Positions 1 through 7,069 of a DNA stretch of 32,661 bases are shown here, piece by piece. The stretch's first letter is position 1. Each line of letters begins with the position of its first letter. The notes under the pieces are model-generated. The model had not been told where the DNA came from, did not search any database, and saw only the letters and a program-made list of their open reading frames with translations. The position numbers and the translations under genes were made by a program. The DNA comes from a virus. Lineage: Duplodnaviria > Caudoviricetes. The stretch covers positions 1-32,661 of IMG/VR virus record IMGVR_UViG_3300014202_000273; one strand, written 5' to 3'.

Positions 1-85
1 CGCGGCAAATTCAGCATGGACGATATCCGAAGCCGTCACGGTAGTGTTGCGGTTAAGGGTGTGGATAGGGCGCGGATAGCGGCTT
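1..85. repeat. Inverted repeat R, outer copy, left window edge (exact reverse complement of 11153-11237)
   Basis: 85/85 identity read by eye. It runs to the window edge, and identity ends inside the stop codon (TGA here, TAG in the other copy). Confidence 0.97.
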
Positions 86-87
86 GA
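1..87 (+). CDS. 3' end (partial) of a second copy of the J-domain gene
   Basis: Translates RGKFSMDDIRSRHGSVAVKGVDRARIAA*, identical to the C-terminus of 11151..11648(-). Confidence 0.9.
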   Translation, partial: RGKFSMDDIRSRHGSVAVKGVDRARIAA

Positions 88-93
88 ATGTGG

Positions 94-115
94 GCGGGGT
101 GTAAGCCCCGCTTTT
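94..115 (+). terminator. Rho-independent terminator (short U-tract, possibly leaky)
   Basis: GCGGGG-TGTAAG-CCCCGC-TTTT directly after the J-domain stop. Confidence 0.65.
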
Positions 116-128
116 AAAACTATTAGAG

Positions 129-581
129 ATGGAGACCGAAAAGATGAGCAAAAACATAATAGAGCAAGCGCTTAAGATAATGGAAAGCGAGTTCAAAGCG
201 GGCGGCGATAAATATAATTCCAGCCGATTAGTAGCCGACTATTGCAGATTGCAGATAGGCAATGAACCAGAGGAAGTGTTTGGCGTTCTGTTTATGAATA
301 ACCAGTTTGAAATGCTTTCGTTCGATAAACTGTTTAGAGGTAGCGTGACCGAGGCAAGCATACCGCCCCGAGCGATAGCAAGGCGCATGTTTGAATTGAA
401 CGCTAGCAGAATGGTTTTAACGCACAATCATCCGAGCGGTGATGTAACCCCGAGCAAGGCTGATATTGCGATAACAGAGAAATTTAAAGGGTTATTTAAA
501 GAGTTTGATTGTGTGGTGGTAGATCACATTATTGTTAGTGGTAAGAGTTCTTATTCTATGTCAGAGAGAGGGGATTTGTAA
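129..581 (+). CDS. radC: RadC-family JAB/MPN+ domain protein (short form)
   Basis: EEVFGVLFM...HNHPSGDVTPSKAD...DHIIV, the RadC JAB metal-binding motif. Confidence 0.93.
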   Translation: METEKMSKNIIEQALKIMESEFKAGGDKYNSSRLVADYCRLQIGNEPEEVFGVLFMNNQFEMLSFDKLFRGSVTEASIPPRAIARRMFELNASRMVLTHNHPSGDVTPSKADIAITEKFKGLFKEFDCVVVDHIIVSGKSSYSMSERGDL

Positions 582-736
582 TGACAGATTCAATAATAGT
601 AATAACGTGTATGCAGATATTCATGCTGTGGCTATTGCAAGTAGCAGAAACAATAAACTTCGGAAGCATTAGCGTACTAATAACTTTTTTCGCGCTAGTG
701 CAAATGTGGATGTTTGATAAGTGGGGTAAGAAATGA
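581..736 (+). CDS. Small membrane protein (51 aa; not in ORF track)
   Basis: MTDSIIVITCMQIFMLWLLQVAETINFGSISVLITFFALVQMWMFDKWGKK. TAATG overlap with radC and ATGA overlap with the next gene. Confidence 0.65.
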   Translation: MTDSIIVITCMQIFMLWLLQVAETINFGSISVLITFFALVQMWMFDKWGKK

Positions 737-915
737 AAAAGGTAGTTAACTACATAGTTGTAAATGGGGACGGCATAAACGACATAGGTCGAAGAGTAAT
801 GGACTATATAAAAGATGGCTGGCAACCATTCGAGAAACCGTTTATTTATAAAATATCAGAAAGCGCCAGCAACCTTTGGGCGCAAGCATTAGTTAAGTAT
901 GAGGACGATAAATAA
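733..915 (+). CDS. Small hypothetical protein, DUF1737-like
   Basis: YIVV...V.DYIKDGWQP...QALVK pattern. Translationally coupled to its neighbours. Confidence 0.65.
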   Translation: MKKVVNYIVVNGDGINDIGRRVMDYIKDGWQPFEKPFIYKISESASNLWAQALVKYEDDK

Positions 916-1145
916 TGACAAAGCAAAAATATGATGAATTGATGGGTATGCTCAAAAGCTACGATGAAAGCAATTTAAAAGAGCTATTTATCGATCTTGA
1001 TGACCCAGCACTTGCAGAGCGCATAGCTAATGTAGCCTACGCATTTGTCGAAACATGGGCGGATAAAGAAATCGAAAAGCACGAGCTATCACAAAACGAG
1101 GACGCGCTAGAAGTTGATAACGCTAGAAGGGTAAGGGAATTGTAA
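915..1145 (+). CDS. Hypothetical protein
   Basis: 76-aa ORF with TAATG coupling at both ends. Confidence 0.75.
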   Translation: MTKQKYDELMGMLKSYDESNLKELFIDLDDPALAERIANVAYAFVETWADKEIEKHELSQNEDALEVDNARRVREL

Positions 1146-1228
1146 TGATAAGTATCGAATTTATTCTCTGGTCGATGATAACTACCATATTAATAATCGG
1201 TATCTTTATAGGACATTATTTTTTATGA
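1145..1228 (+). CDS. Single-TM peptide (27 aa; not in ORF track)
   Basis: MISIEFILWSMITTILIIGIFIGHYFL. TAATG and ATGA overlaps. Confidence 0.55.
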   Translation: MISIEFILWSMITTILIIGIFIGHYFL

Positions 1229-1368
1229 AATCAAGATTGCTGAAAATGCTAGAACCTTTTTGCATAGTATTCATGGCTTTTTCAATTATAACATTCGCGG
1301 TGGCTACTGGAATGATCTTAGTAAAATTGCTTATTATTTTTAATGGTTATTTAAAATTGGGGGTTTAA
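1225..1368 (+). CDS. Small membrane protein (47 aa; not in ORF track)
   Basis: MKSRLLKMLEPFCIVFMAFSIITFAVATGMILVKLLIIFNGYLKLGV. Coupled start. Confidence 0.6.
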   Translation: MKSRLLKMLEPFCIVFMAFSIITFAVATGMILVKLLIIFNGYLKLGV

Positions 1369-1369
1369 G

Positions 1370-1543
1370 ATGAACAAACGAGAAGCAAAATTCATAATGC
1401 AATTACCCGATGGTTATGAATGGACTTTTGTTGATGATGGAAGGTTTTTGTGTGGGGCTTCTGCCGATAAAGAAGTTTTGCTATACGAAATTGTGAATGG
1501 TGAGTTAGTGAAACGCGAGCTAAAATTTCAAGAGGCTAAATAA
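1370..1543 (+). CDS. Hypothetical protein (57 aa; not in ORF track)
   Basis: MNKREAKFIMQLPDGYEWTFVDDGRFLCG..., with a GGGGG RBS. Fills the gap exactly. Confidence 0.7.
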   Translation: MNKREAKFIMQLPDGYEWTFVDDGRFLCGASADKEVLLYEIVNGELVKRELKFQEAK

Positions 1544-1765
1544 ATGAAATCTAACTGCTGGAAATACCCAAAGAAAGGTGAATTGCCAGAACTGAATACG
1601 ACCGTACTTTGTTTTACAGGCGGTGCTAGATTTGGCCAATACGAACTTGGCTCGATGGTGACAGATTCGACTGGTGAAGCTAATTGGCAAATGGAATATA
1701 GATCTACAGAATATGAAAACCCTATTGCTTGGTGTAACGTTCCTGACGTGCCGGAGTTTATATGA
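1544..1765 (+). CDS. DUF551-like phage protein
   Basis: W......ELPE....VL...IAW...P..PE pattern. Confidence 0.65.
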   Translation: MKSNCWKYPKKGELPELNTTVLCFTGGARFGQYELGSMVTDSTGEANWQMEYRSTEYENPIAWCNVPDVPEFI

Positions 1766-2049
1766 AATCAGAATTAATTAAAGCACCAGAATCTGACTGC
1801 TGTAAAGCCGCTATGCGAGTCGTAGGAACTGAAACAAAACACTATCGTTGCAACCATTGCGGTATGCCATGCGATCAAGCGCAAGAAGAAACTAAACCAA
1901 CCCATCAAGATGACGATAAGCGCGGAATTTTGGAAGGGTTAAAGTTAGCAAGAGAGGAAGTTATCAAAGGTTTATTTACTGAGCCAGTTTGCATTTCAGA
2001 TGTAGTCAAAGCAATAGACGAACTAATCGAACAACATTCAGGTGAATAA
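1762..2049 (+). CDS. Zinc-binding hypothetical protein
   Basis: SDCCKA...CNHCGMPC, with a GGAG RBS. Confidence 0.75.
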   Translation: MKSELIKAPESDCCKAAMRVVGTETKHYRCNHCGMPCDQAQEETKPTHQDDDKRGILEGLKLAREEVIKGLFTEPVCISDVVKAIDELIEQHSGE

Positions 2050-2238
2050 ATGCAAAGACGCACAATAACAGTAAAGTTTGAATACGATCTCGATGACCTT
2101 GAGCAATGGGTTGGAGAGGAATTATCAGACGCAATGATTGAATGGGTTTATAAGACGCTAGAGAAAGACATACCTACTATTGTAGAGCATACGATGAAAA
2201 GCCTTTTTGAAAGTGAACACCCATCTTTAGGAGAGTAA
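2050..2238 (+). CDS. Hypothetical protein
   Basis: 62-aa ORF abutting the upstream gene, with an AGGTG RBS. Confidence 0.7.
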   Translation: MQRRTITVKFEYDLDDLEQWVGEELSDAMIEWVYKTLEKDIPTIVEHTMKSLFESEHPSLGE

Positions 2239-2240
2239 AA

Positions 2241-2441
2241 ATGAAAATGATACGTTTTAACGAAGGTGTATTAATTAATCCGAAGAAAATAGAAGCCGTA
2301 ATGGTTGTAAAATCGCTAGGCGATTCTGCTGTAGTCGATGTTTGCTGTAACAGAATGTCATTTAACAGGCTTTTCGATACCTACGAAGAAGCCATGAGCT
2401 TTGCTGAGGCAATAATACTTGAAGTGGAGAAGTATGCGTAA
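2241..2441 (+). CDS. Hypothetical protein
   Basis: AGGAG RBS and TAATG coupling to the exonuclease. Confidence 0.75.
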   Translation: MKMIRFNEGVLINPKKIEAVMVVKSLGDSAVVDVCCNRMSFNRLFDTYEEAMSFAEAIILEVEKYA

Positions 2442-3271
2442 TGACAATTAGCCCCGGCGTTTACGCCACAATGTCAAATGACGAGTACCACGACCACAAG
2501 GAATCGCTTTCACGGTCGAGTATTCGAGACTTTGCGGATTGCCCCTATAAATATTGGGCTTTGCATCTTAACCCGCTAAGACCGCCAAAAGTGCGAACTG
2601 ACGAGATGATATTCGGTAGTGCGTTTCATACGTTTATTCTTGAAAACGACAAGTTTGATGATGAGTATTTTATCTTGCCCGAAAAGGTTTTTAAAAAGGA
2701 TAACCCCGAACAATATGAAATCAACAAAGCACTCGAAGAGGAAGCCGAAAAAACCAACAAAATCGTGTTGTCGCAAAAAGAATATATCACTTTGTGCGAT
2801 ATGCGTGATGCGCTCAATCGAGATGGACGAGCTATTGACCTTATCAAAGGCGCGGTTTACGAATCATCTTACTTTTGGAAAGACGAGGGAAGCGGGTTAA
2901 TGGTTAAGGCTCGCCCCGATATTCTCCATACCAACATGATAGTTGATTTAAAGACTATTGCAGACGCGTCACCGGAATCTTTTCGTAGATCGATGGTAAC
3001 GGGTGGATATCATTGGCAGGGCGCTATGATTCGTGACGGCGTTCGAGCGATAGAGGGTAGAGATATACCAAACGTGATTAATGTGTGCATCGAGAAAAAA
3101 TACCCTTACAGCGTTGGCATTTACTTAATTGAAGAATCCGCTATTGAAGTTGGGCAAGCTGAATATAAACACCACTTAAAAGGAATCAGGGAATGTATCG
3201 AGACAAACGTGTGGCCGGATTATGCTATCGAAACGGTGGGTTTACCAAAATGGTATGCGTCAAATTTATAA
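2441..3271 (+). CDS. RecE/exonuclease VIII-like PD-(D/E)XK nuclease (DUF3799-type)
   Basis: PGVY...SNDEYH...SLSRS, FGSAFH..ILE, E.SYFW, KARPD...IVDLKT, Y.WQ motifs. Confidence 0.9.
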   Translation: MTISPGVYATMSNDEYHDHKESLSRSSIRDFADCPYKYWALHLNPLRPPKVRTDEMIFGSAFHTFILENDKFDDEYFILPEKVFKKDNPEQYEINKALEEEAEKTNKIVLSQKEYITLCDMRDALNRDGRAIDLIKGAVYESSYFWKDEGSGLMVKARPDILHTNMIVDLKTIADASPESFRRSMVTGGYHWQGAMIRDGVRAIEGRDIPNVINVCIEKKYPYSVGIYLIEESAIEVGQAEYKHHLKGIRECIETNVWPDYAIETVGLPKWYASNL

Positions 3272-3339
3272 AACAGTTTTTGCTGAGTATGTTTTTTATT
3301 GGTTTTATTGTTTCAATAGCTTATTTTTATAGCAACTAA
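3250..3339 (+). CDS. Possible single-TM peptide (29 aa)
   Basis: MVCVKFIKQFLLSMFFIGFIVSIAYFYSN, overlapping the exonuclease 3' end. Confidence 0.4.
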   Translation: MVCVKFIKQFLLSMFFIGFIVSIAYFYSN

Positions 3340-3359
3340 TCACGCTACCGTGATACTAT
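3340..3359 (+). promoter_or_regulatory. Operator TCACGCTACCGTGA overlapping an extended -10 promoter (TG-A-TACTAT)
   Basis: Same TCACG-N4-CGTGA palindrome as at 11842-11877. Lies about 25 nt upstream of the gene at 3385. Confidence 0.65.
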
Positions 3360-3384
3360 AAAGCAACTTTTTAGGAATGAAGCA

Positions 3385-3678
3385 ATGCAAGAGAAAGATT
3401 ATCCCGAAAACTACACTCAAGAGTTAATTGATGTACAGAAAAAGATGGAAACGCTCCTTTATGATTGCGCTTATCACTCTTTCAGCGATGACCGTGTGCG
3501 AGTGGCGTTTATCCAAGACGTAGCAACTAACTTCATGGGCAACATGTTTTTAAGTGTAGCTAATGAAAAGCTAGGCGAGCCAGCAAAAGAAAAACTACTA
3601 GAGCAAGCAATGCACGGCTTTCAAAGCTGGGTACTACACCGAAAAATTGACCTAGAACAAAAAAAGGATATGCACTAA
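3385..3678 (+). CDS. Hypothetical protein
   Basis: 97-aa ORF with an AGGA RBS and TAATG coupling. Confidence 0.8.
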   Translation: MQEKDYPENYTQELIDVQKKMETLLYDCAYHSFSDDRVRVAFIQDVATNFMGNMFLSVANEKLGEPAKEKLLEQAMHGFQSWVLHRKIDLEQKKDMH

Positions 3679-4538
3679 TGACACAAGAATTAGTTATTAA
3701 AGATACGGGTGTTTTAGCCCGTGCCGAGTTAGATACACAGATTTCCACGGCTAAAGCCTACCCACGCGAAGCGCAGAAAGCTATCCAGTATGCAACCATG
3801 CTGGCTACCATGGACGAAGCTACTGCGCAAAGCTGTTATTACTGCTTGCCGAGAAAAGATAAAAATGGAAATAAAGTTGAGATTAGAGGCGGTTCGATTC
3901 GCTTAGCTGAAATTATTGCTAATGCTTGGGGCAATCTACATGCGGCTACTCGTATCATAGAAAACGATGGTAAAAATATCACTGCTGAGGGTGTTGCTTG
4001 GGATTTAGAAACTAACGTCAAAATATCGATGCAAAACAAAGTGTCTATTTGGTTTGGTGCTAAAGACGGCAAAGGCGGCTATCAAGCCAATGCTGATATG
4101 CAGACCATGCTGGCTAATGCGGCAAGCGCTAAAGCCCTGAGGAACGCAATTTTCAAGGTTGTGCCCAAGGCGTTAGTTGATATAGTCCGCGATAAAGCCA
4201 TGAGCTTTTCAATCGGTGACGTTAAAACTGTTAATGCCAAGGTTAAGGAAGTGATCGACAAGTTAAATAAAATGGGGCTTACCACCGAATCTATACTTGA
4301 ATACTACGGTTACGACAGCATTGGTAAAATTACACCCGCTGATTACACATCTTTACTAGGCGTTGGTACCGCGATTAAAGAGGGCTATATTAAGCCTGAG
4401 CAAGTATTTAATGTCGAAACCGATGATATACCCGGCATGAGTGCCGCTGAAAAAGTGCAAAACCTTTTAGCTGAAATAAAGCCAAAAGTAGATGCACAAA
4501 CAGGAGAAATTAATGAGAAAGACCGAAATTCTAACTAG
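3678..4538 (+). CDS. Conserved phage protein, putative single-strand annealing recombinase
   Basis: D.QISTAKAYPR / YYCLPR / G.SIRLAE....WGN motifs. It sits beside a RecE-like nuclease and ends in VDAQTGEI, typical of SSAP tails. The function is inferred. Confidence 0.6.
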   Translation: MTQELVIKDTGVLARAELDTQISTAKAYPREAQKAIQYATMLATMDEATAQSCYYCLPRKDKNGNKVEIRGGSIRLAEIIANAWGNLHAATRIIENDGKNITAEGVAWDLETNVKISMQNKVSIWFGAKDGKGGYQANADMQTMLANAASAKALRNAIFKVVPKALVDIVRDKAMSFSIGDVKTVNAKVKEVIDKLNKMGLTTESILEYYGYDSIGKITPADYTSLLGVGTAIKEGYIKPEQVFNVETDDIPGMSAAEKVQNLLAEIKPKVDAQTGEINEKDRNSN

Positions 4539-4731
4539 CGCCCAGGCGGCTGAAAAGTTGGGCGTCACGCCGGATTATATTCGCCGTTTGATTATGGATG
4601 GCAAGATCAAAGCCACAAAATTTGGCAATAGCTGGACGATGACAGCAAAGGATATTTCACACATTAAACGCAAGCGGTTAATTAAAAGTGAAGGGGATGT
4701 TACGAATGGAAGCGAGAGAGTCGATAAATGA
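4513..4731 (+). CDS. HTH_17 (excisionase/MerR-like) DNA-binding protein
   Basis: LTSAQAAEKLGVTPDYIRRLIMDGKIKATKFGNSW. The AGGAG RBS favours the ATG at 4513. Confidence 0.88.
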   Translation: MRKTEILTSAQAAEKLGVTPDYIRRLIMDGKIKATKFGNSWTMTAKDISHIKRKRLIKSEGDVTNGSERVDK

Positions 4732-4879
4732 TAGTTCTAAATTAGTGGCTCAGGCTATCGAGTCACTAAAATACGTTCCGACTAAGCAAGAGTTAAAAAC
4801 GTGGGATGCTGAGCGCAACACGCAAGAAGTTATAGTAATGCTCGAATTAGTTTTAGAAAAGTTAACAACAAATATGTAA
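4706..4879 (+). CDS. Hypothetical protein
   Basis: GGGGA RBS before the ATG at 4706. Confidence 0.65.
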   Translation: MEARESINDSSKLVAQAIESLKYVPTKQELKTWDAERNTQEVIVMLELVLEKLTTNM

Positions 4880-4892
4880 AAGGAAGTGATTT

Positions 4893-5006
4893 ATGCAATT
4901 AAAAAATATACTATTCGCATACTTTCGATGTTTTGCCTGCTACGCCTTAAGTAGCGGCAAACGAAAAGTGTGCGAGCATTGCGGCGCACGATTACCTAAA
5001 ACATAA
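4893..5006 (+). CDS. Small zinc-ribbon protein (37 aa; not in ORF track)
   Basis: CFAC...CEHCG, with an AAGGA RBS. Confidence 0.6.
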   Translation: MQLKNILFAYFRCFACYALSSGKRKVCEHCGARLPKT

Positions 5007-5026
5007 TTTAAATAAAGAGACCATAA

Positions 5027-5176
5027 ATGAAAGCTAGTCATGTTAAAAAAGCGTTAAAGTGTATTACTGTTATTGAAGCCAACGTCGCTAAGTTAAAAGC
5101 CCTGCTTGACGTTTCAAGTGTCGAAGCGGCGCCCGTTATGAAGCGTAAGAAGAGAAAGGCTAAAAGTAAGAAGTAG
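5027..5176 (+). CDS. Small basic protein (49 aa; not in ORF track)
   Basis: MKASHVKKALKCITVIEANVAKLKALLDV...KRKKRKAKSKK. Confidence 0.6.
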   Translation: MKASHVKKALKCITVIEANVAKLKALLDVSSVEAAPVMKRKKRKAKSKK

Positions 5177-5182
5177 ATTAAC

Positions 5183-5251
5183 TGGGGATAGCTCTGGAAG
5201 AGTACAGGGGTACTTAACCTGATGGCTGGTTCGATTCCAGCATCCCCACTA
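5183..5251 (+). tRNA. Degenerate tRNA-like element (pseudo-tRNA)
   Basis: Acceptor TGGGGAT/ATCCCCA, D arm GCTC/GAGT, anticodon stem CAGG/CCTG, canonical T arm GCTGG-TTCGATT-CCAGC. The anticodon loop is abnormal and no CCA is encoded. Confidence 0.65.
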
Positions 5252-5283
5252 AATCGCAAGGTGTTCCATCCACCTAATAGCCG

Positions 5284-5419
5284 CTTACAGAAGCGGGCGA
5301 TAAATCTGTAAGGAAAAAATATAACGTGTGCGTGTAAAGCGCGTTTACAGTGTAGATAAGGTTTTCTCGTCCATTATCCGTTTGCACTCAAGCCGACTGG
5401 CTGAATCCAGTCACACGTT
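5284..5419 (+). ncRNA. Structured ncRNA: hairpin plus cloverleaf-like domain (C4/CI-like antisense candidate)
   Basis: CTTACAGA/TCTGTAAG hairpin. AACGTGT/ACACGTT closes TGTAAA/TTTACA, a long middle arm and a T-loop-like GACTGG-CTGAAT-CCAGTC arm. Confidence 0.6.
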
Positions 5420-5447
5420 GTACCTTTAAAACGAAAAGGAAAGTGCC

Positions 5448-5666
5448 ATGGATTTCGATAAATTATCGACAAGACAATTAAAGAAAATCAGAAAGTTTCA
5501 CCGTAAGATTCGCAAGCTAGAAACCTCAAAGATACTACGCGCCGCAATTCACAATCTTATCGTCAAAAAGCAATTAAAATTCTACGTCGAACAAGCTAAT
5601 GCTTTCGGCAACTTAATTAACCGACCAACCAGAAACGAACGGAGAGCAATGCAAAATGTCAGATAA
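5448..5666 (+). CDS. Basic hypothetical protein
   Basis: AAGGA RBS; 72 aa, K/R-rich. Confidence 0.7.
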   Translation: MDFDKLSTRQLKKIRKFHRKIRKLETSKILRAAIHNLIVKKQLKFYVEQANAFGNLINRPTRNERRAMQNVR

Positions 5667-5811
5667 ATTAACCGAGCATGAACAAGGCTGGAATGATGGC
5701 AGACAAGACTTGTTAAAGTCGATGCTAGAGTTAGCAGAAAACACAGATTTAAAAACGGTTATACAGGCAATCAAAGAAGAGTTAGAAGAGTTAGAAGAGG
5801 ATAGCGAATAA
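5656..5811 (+). CDS. Acidic hypothetical protein (51 aa; not in ORF track)
   Basis: MSDKLTEHEQGWNDGRQDLLKSMLELAE..., with TAATG coupling. Confidence 0.65.
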   Translation: MSDKLTEHEQGWNDGRQDLLKSMLELAENTDLKTVIQAIKEELEELEEDSE

Positions 5812-6047
5812 TGGACAACCGCCTAGATTATATCGGTGGCTTTGAAGATGGCACCACCGAGAAGATGTCAGCATTACGCGCTAAGTTCATCGAGCTAGAT
5901 AACGAATTGCGTTTGCTTAGTGATATTAATAGCCACCAGTCACCCGCGCTAGGGCGAACAATTGCGCTTTCCCGCACACACCTAGAAACCGCCTCAATGT
6001 ACGCGATCAAGAGCCTGTGCTTAAAGCATGAGAAGAGACCAGAATGA
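5811..6047 (+). CDS. Acb2/Tad1-like nucleotide-sponge anti-defence protein
   Basis: Helical hairpin ending GRTIALSRTHLETASMYAIKSL, resembling the Acb2/Tad1 R..A...T.LE.A.M.A.K motif. The N-terminus MDN.....GF.D also resembles Acb2. Confidence 0.65.
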   Translation: MDNRLDYIGGFEDGTTEKMSALRAKFIELDNELRLLSDINSHQSPALGRTIALSRTHLETASMYAIKSLCLKHEKRPE

Positions 6048-6208
6048 CAGACAACAACAGAAAGGAAGTGCTAGAGATCATGACCAACTTACAGATTGCT
6101 CATGATCGTATGAAAAATATACCAGAGACTTATGCGCGTGATGAAGCCTACAAGCTGATCGAGCAAGCGCATGAAGCAACCAGTAAACTTTTATTGTCGA
6201 GGAGCTAA
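6044..6208 (+). CDS. Hypothetical protein (54 aa; not in ORF track)
   Basis: MTDNNRKEVLEIMTNLQIAHDRMKN..., with an ATGA overlap. Confidence 0.65.
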   Translation: MTDNNRKEVLEIMTNLQIAHDRMKNIPETYARDEAYKLIEQAHEATSKLLLSRS

Positions 6209-6210
6209 CC

Positions 6211-6498
6211 ATGACAAATGATAGACCGCAAGCAAATGAAGGTGAATCTTGGGAATTTGTTAGCCAATATCGCGGCGCCTTATGTGATCGTTTAAAAGTT
6301 GATGGCGGCTGGCTGTACCGTACAGGCACACCAGAGACTATCGCCATGTCATTTGTGCCTGATATTGATTTACAACGCTACCAGAGCCACCTCAGAGACG
6401 CGTACAAGCAGGGTTACAGCGCGGGATACATTGATGGTCACAAAGAAAGATCGCCAAGCCTTGACGAAATTCAGCAGGATAGGAGCGATATCCCATGA
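6211..6498 (+). CDS. Hypothetical phage protein
   Basis: GAGGAG RBS and an RLKVDGGWLYR..FVPD motif. Confidence 0.8.
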   Translation: MTNDRPQANEGESWEFVSQYRGALCDRLKVDGGWLYRTGTPETIAMSFVPDIDLQRYQSHLRDAYKQGYSAGYIDGHKERSPSLDEIQQDRSDIP

Positions 6499-6686
6499 GA
6501 GGCATAGAGGACAAGTACCCAGAAATGGAGCTAAACGCTGGAAGCTGGGAAATTACGTTCGTCGATCAGGGTTCCGGTAGCCGCTTAATCGGGCGCTACA
6601 CTTTCAAAAGACCAACGCTAATAACTCAAGTGGTACGGGTAGGATTCAAGATTTTCGAGATTCGTACTGATTGCAGAATGATATAA
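6495..6686 (+). CDS. Hypothetical protein
   Basis: AGGAG RBS and ATGA overlap. Confidence 0.7.
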   Translation: MRGIEDKYPEMELNAGSWEITFVDQGSGSRLIGRYTFKRPTLITQVVRVGFKIFEIRTDCRMI

Positions 6687-6689
6687 CTC

Positions 6690-7069
6690 AGTTTACGCGC
6701 ATCACAAAGGAAGTAAAGGATGCGCGTTTACCTTTCATACGATTGTCTATACCCAATCGCAATACAACAACAACCCTAAAACGGTATCGCTTTCTTTCAA
6801 GGACGAGGAGTTTATCGCCATTTCTTCCCAGTCGCAATAAAAAATAAACTAGCCATAACAATCATTTACTAAATGAGTGGCGTTTGATAAATTGCTCAGA
6901 TTGAATTTGCTTTGAAAGTGCTACGGGGTGGTCGCTAAACCACCCACAAGCTGGAATTACAAGGATTCCCGCATAGTAGCATCTCTTGATTTAAAATCAA
7001 TATTTAACACACAAAAAATACGCTTTTACCGCGTAAGGATTATTTACAGCCAACGCCAAAGGAATCTAC
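6690..7069 (+). promoter_or_regulatory. Long structured non-coding leader upstream of the replication initiator
   Basis: Hairpins ACGCGCATC/GATGCGCGT and CGATTG/CAATCG, and a junction GTGCTAC[GGGTGGT/ACCACCC][GGAAT/ATTCC]GTAGCAT. Confidence 0.55.

Noticed and set aside
5183-5251. Functional tRNA or attP-associated tRNA fragment
   Set aside because: The anticodon arm is non-canonical and there is no integrase. Kept only as a pseudo-tRNA.
5775-5800. Tandem AGAAGAGTT repeat
   Set aside because: It encodes EELEELEE in a small acidic ORF and is not a CRISPR array or iteron.
5369-5816. 9-nt complementarity between the ncRNA (GTCCATTAT) and the start of the Acb2-like gene (ATAATGGAC)
   Set aside because: Most of these bases are paired in the RNA's own stem, and a single 9-mer can arise by chance.
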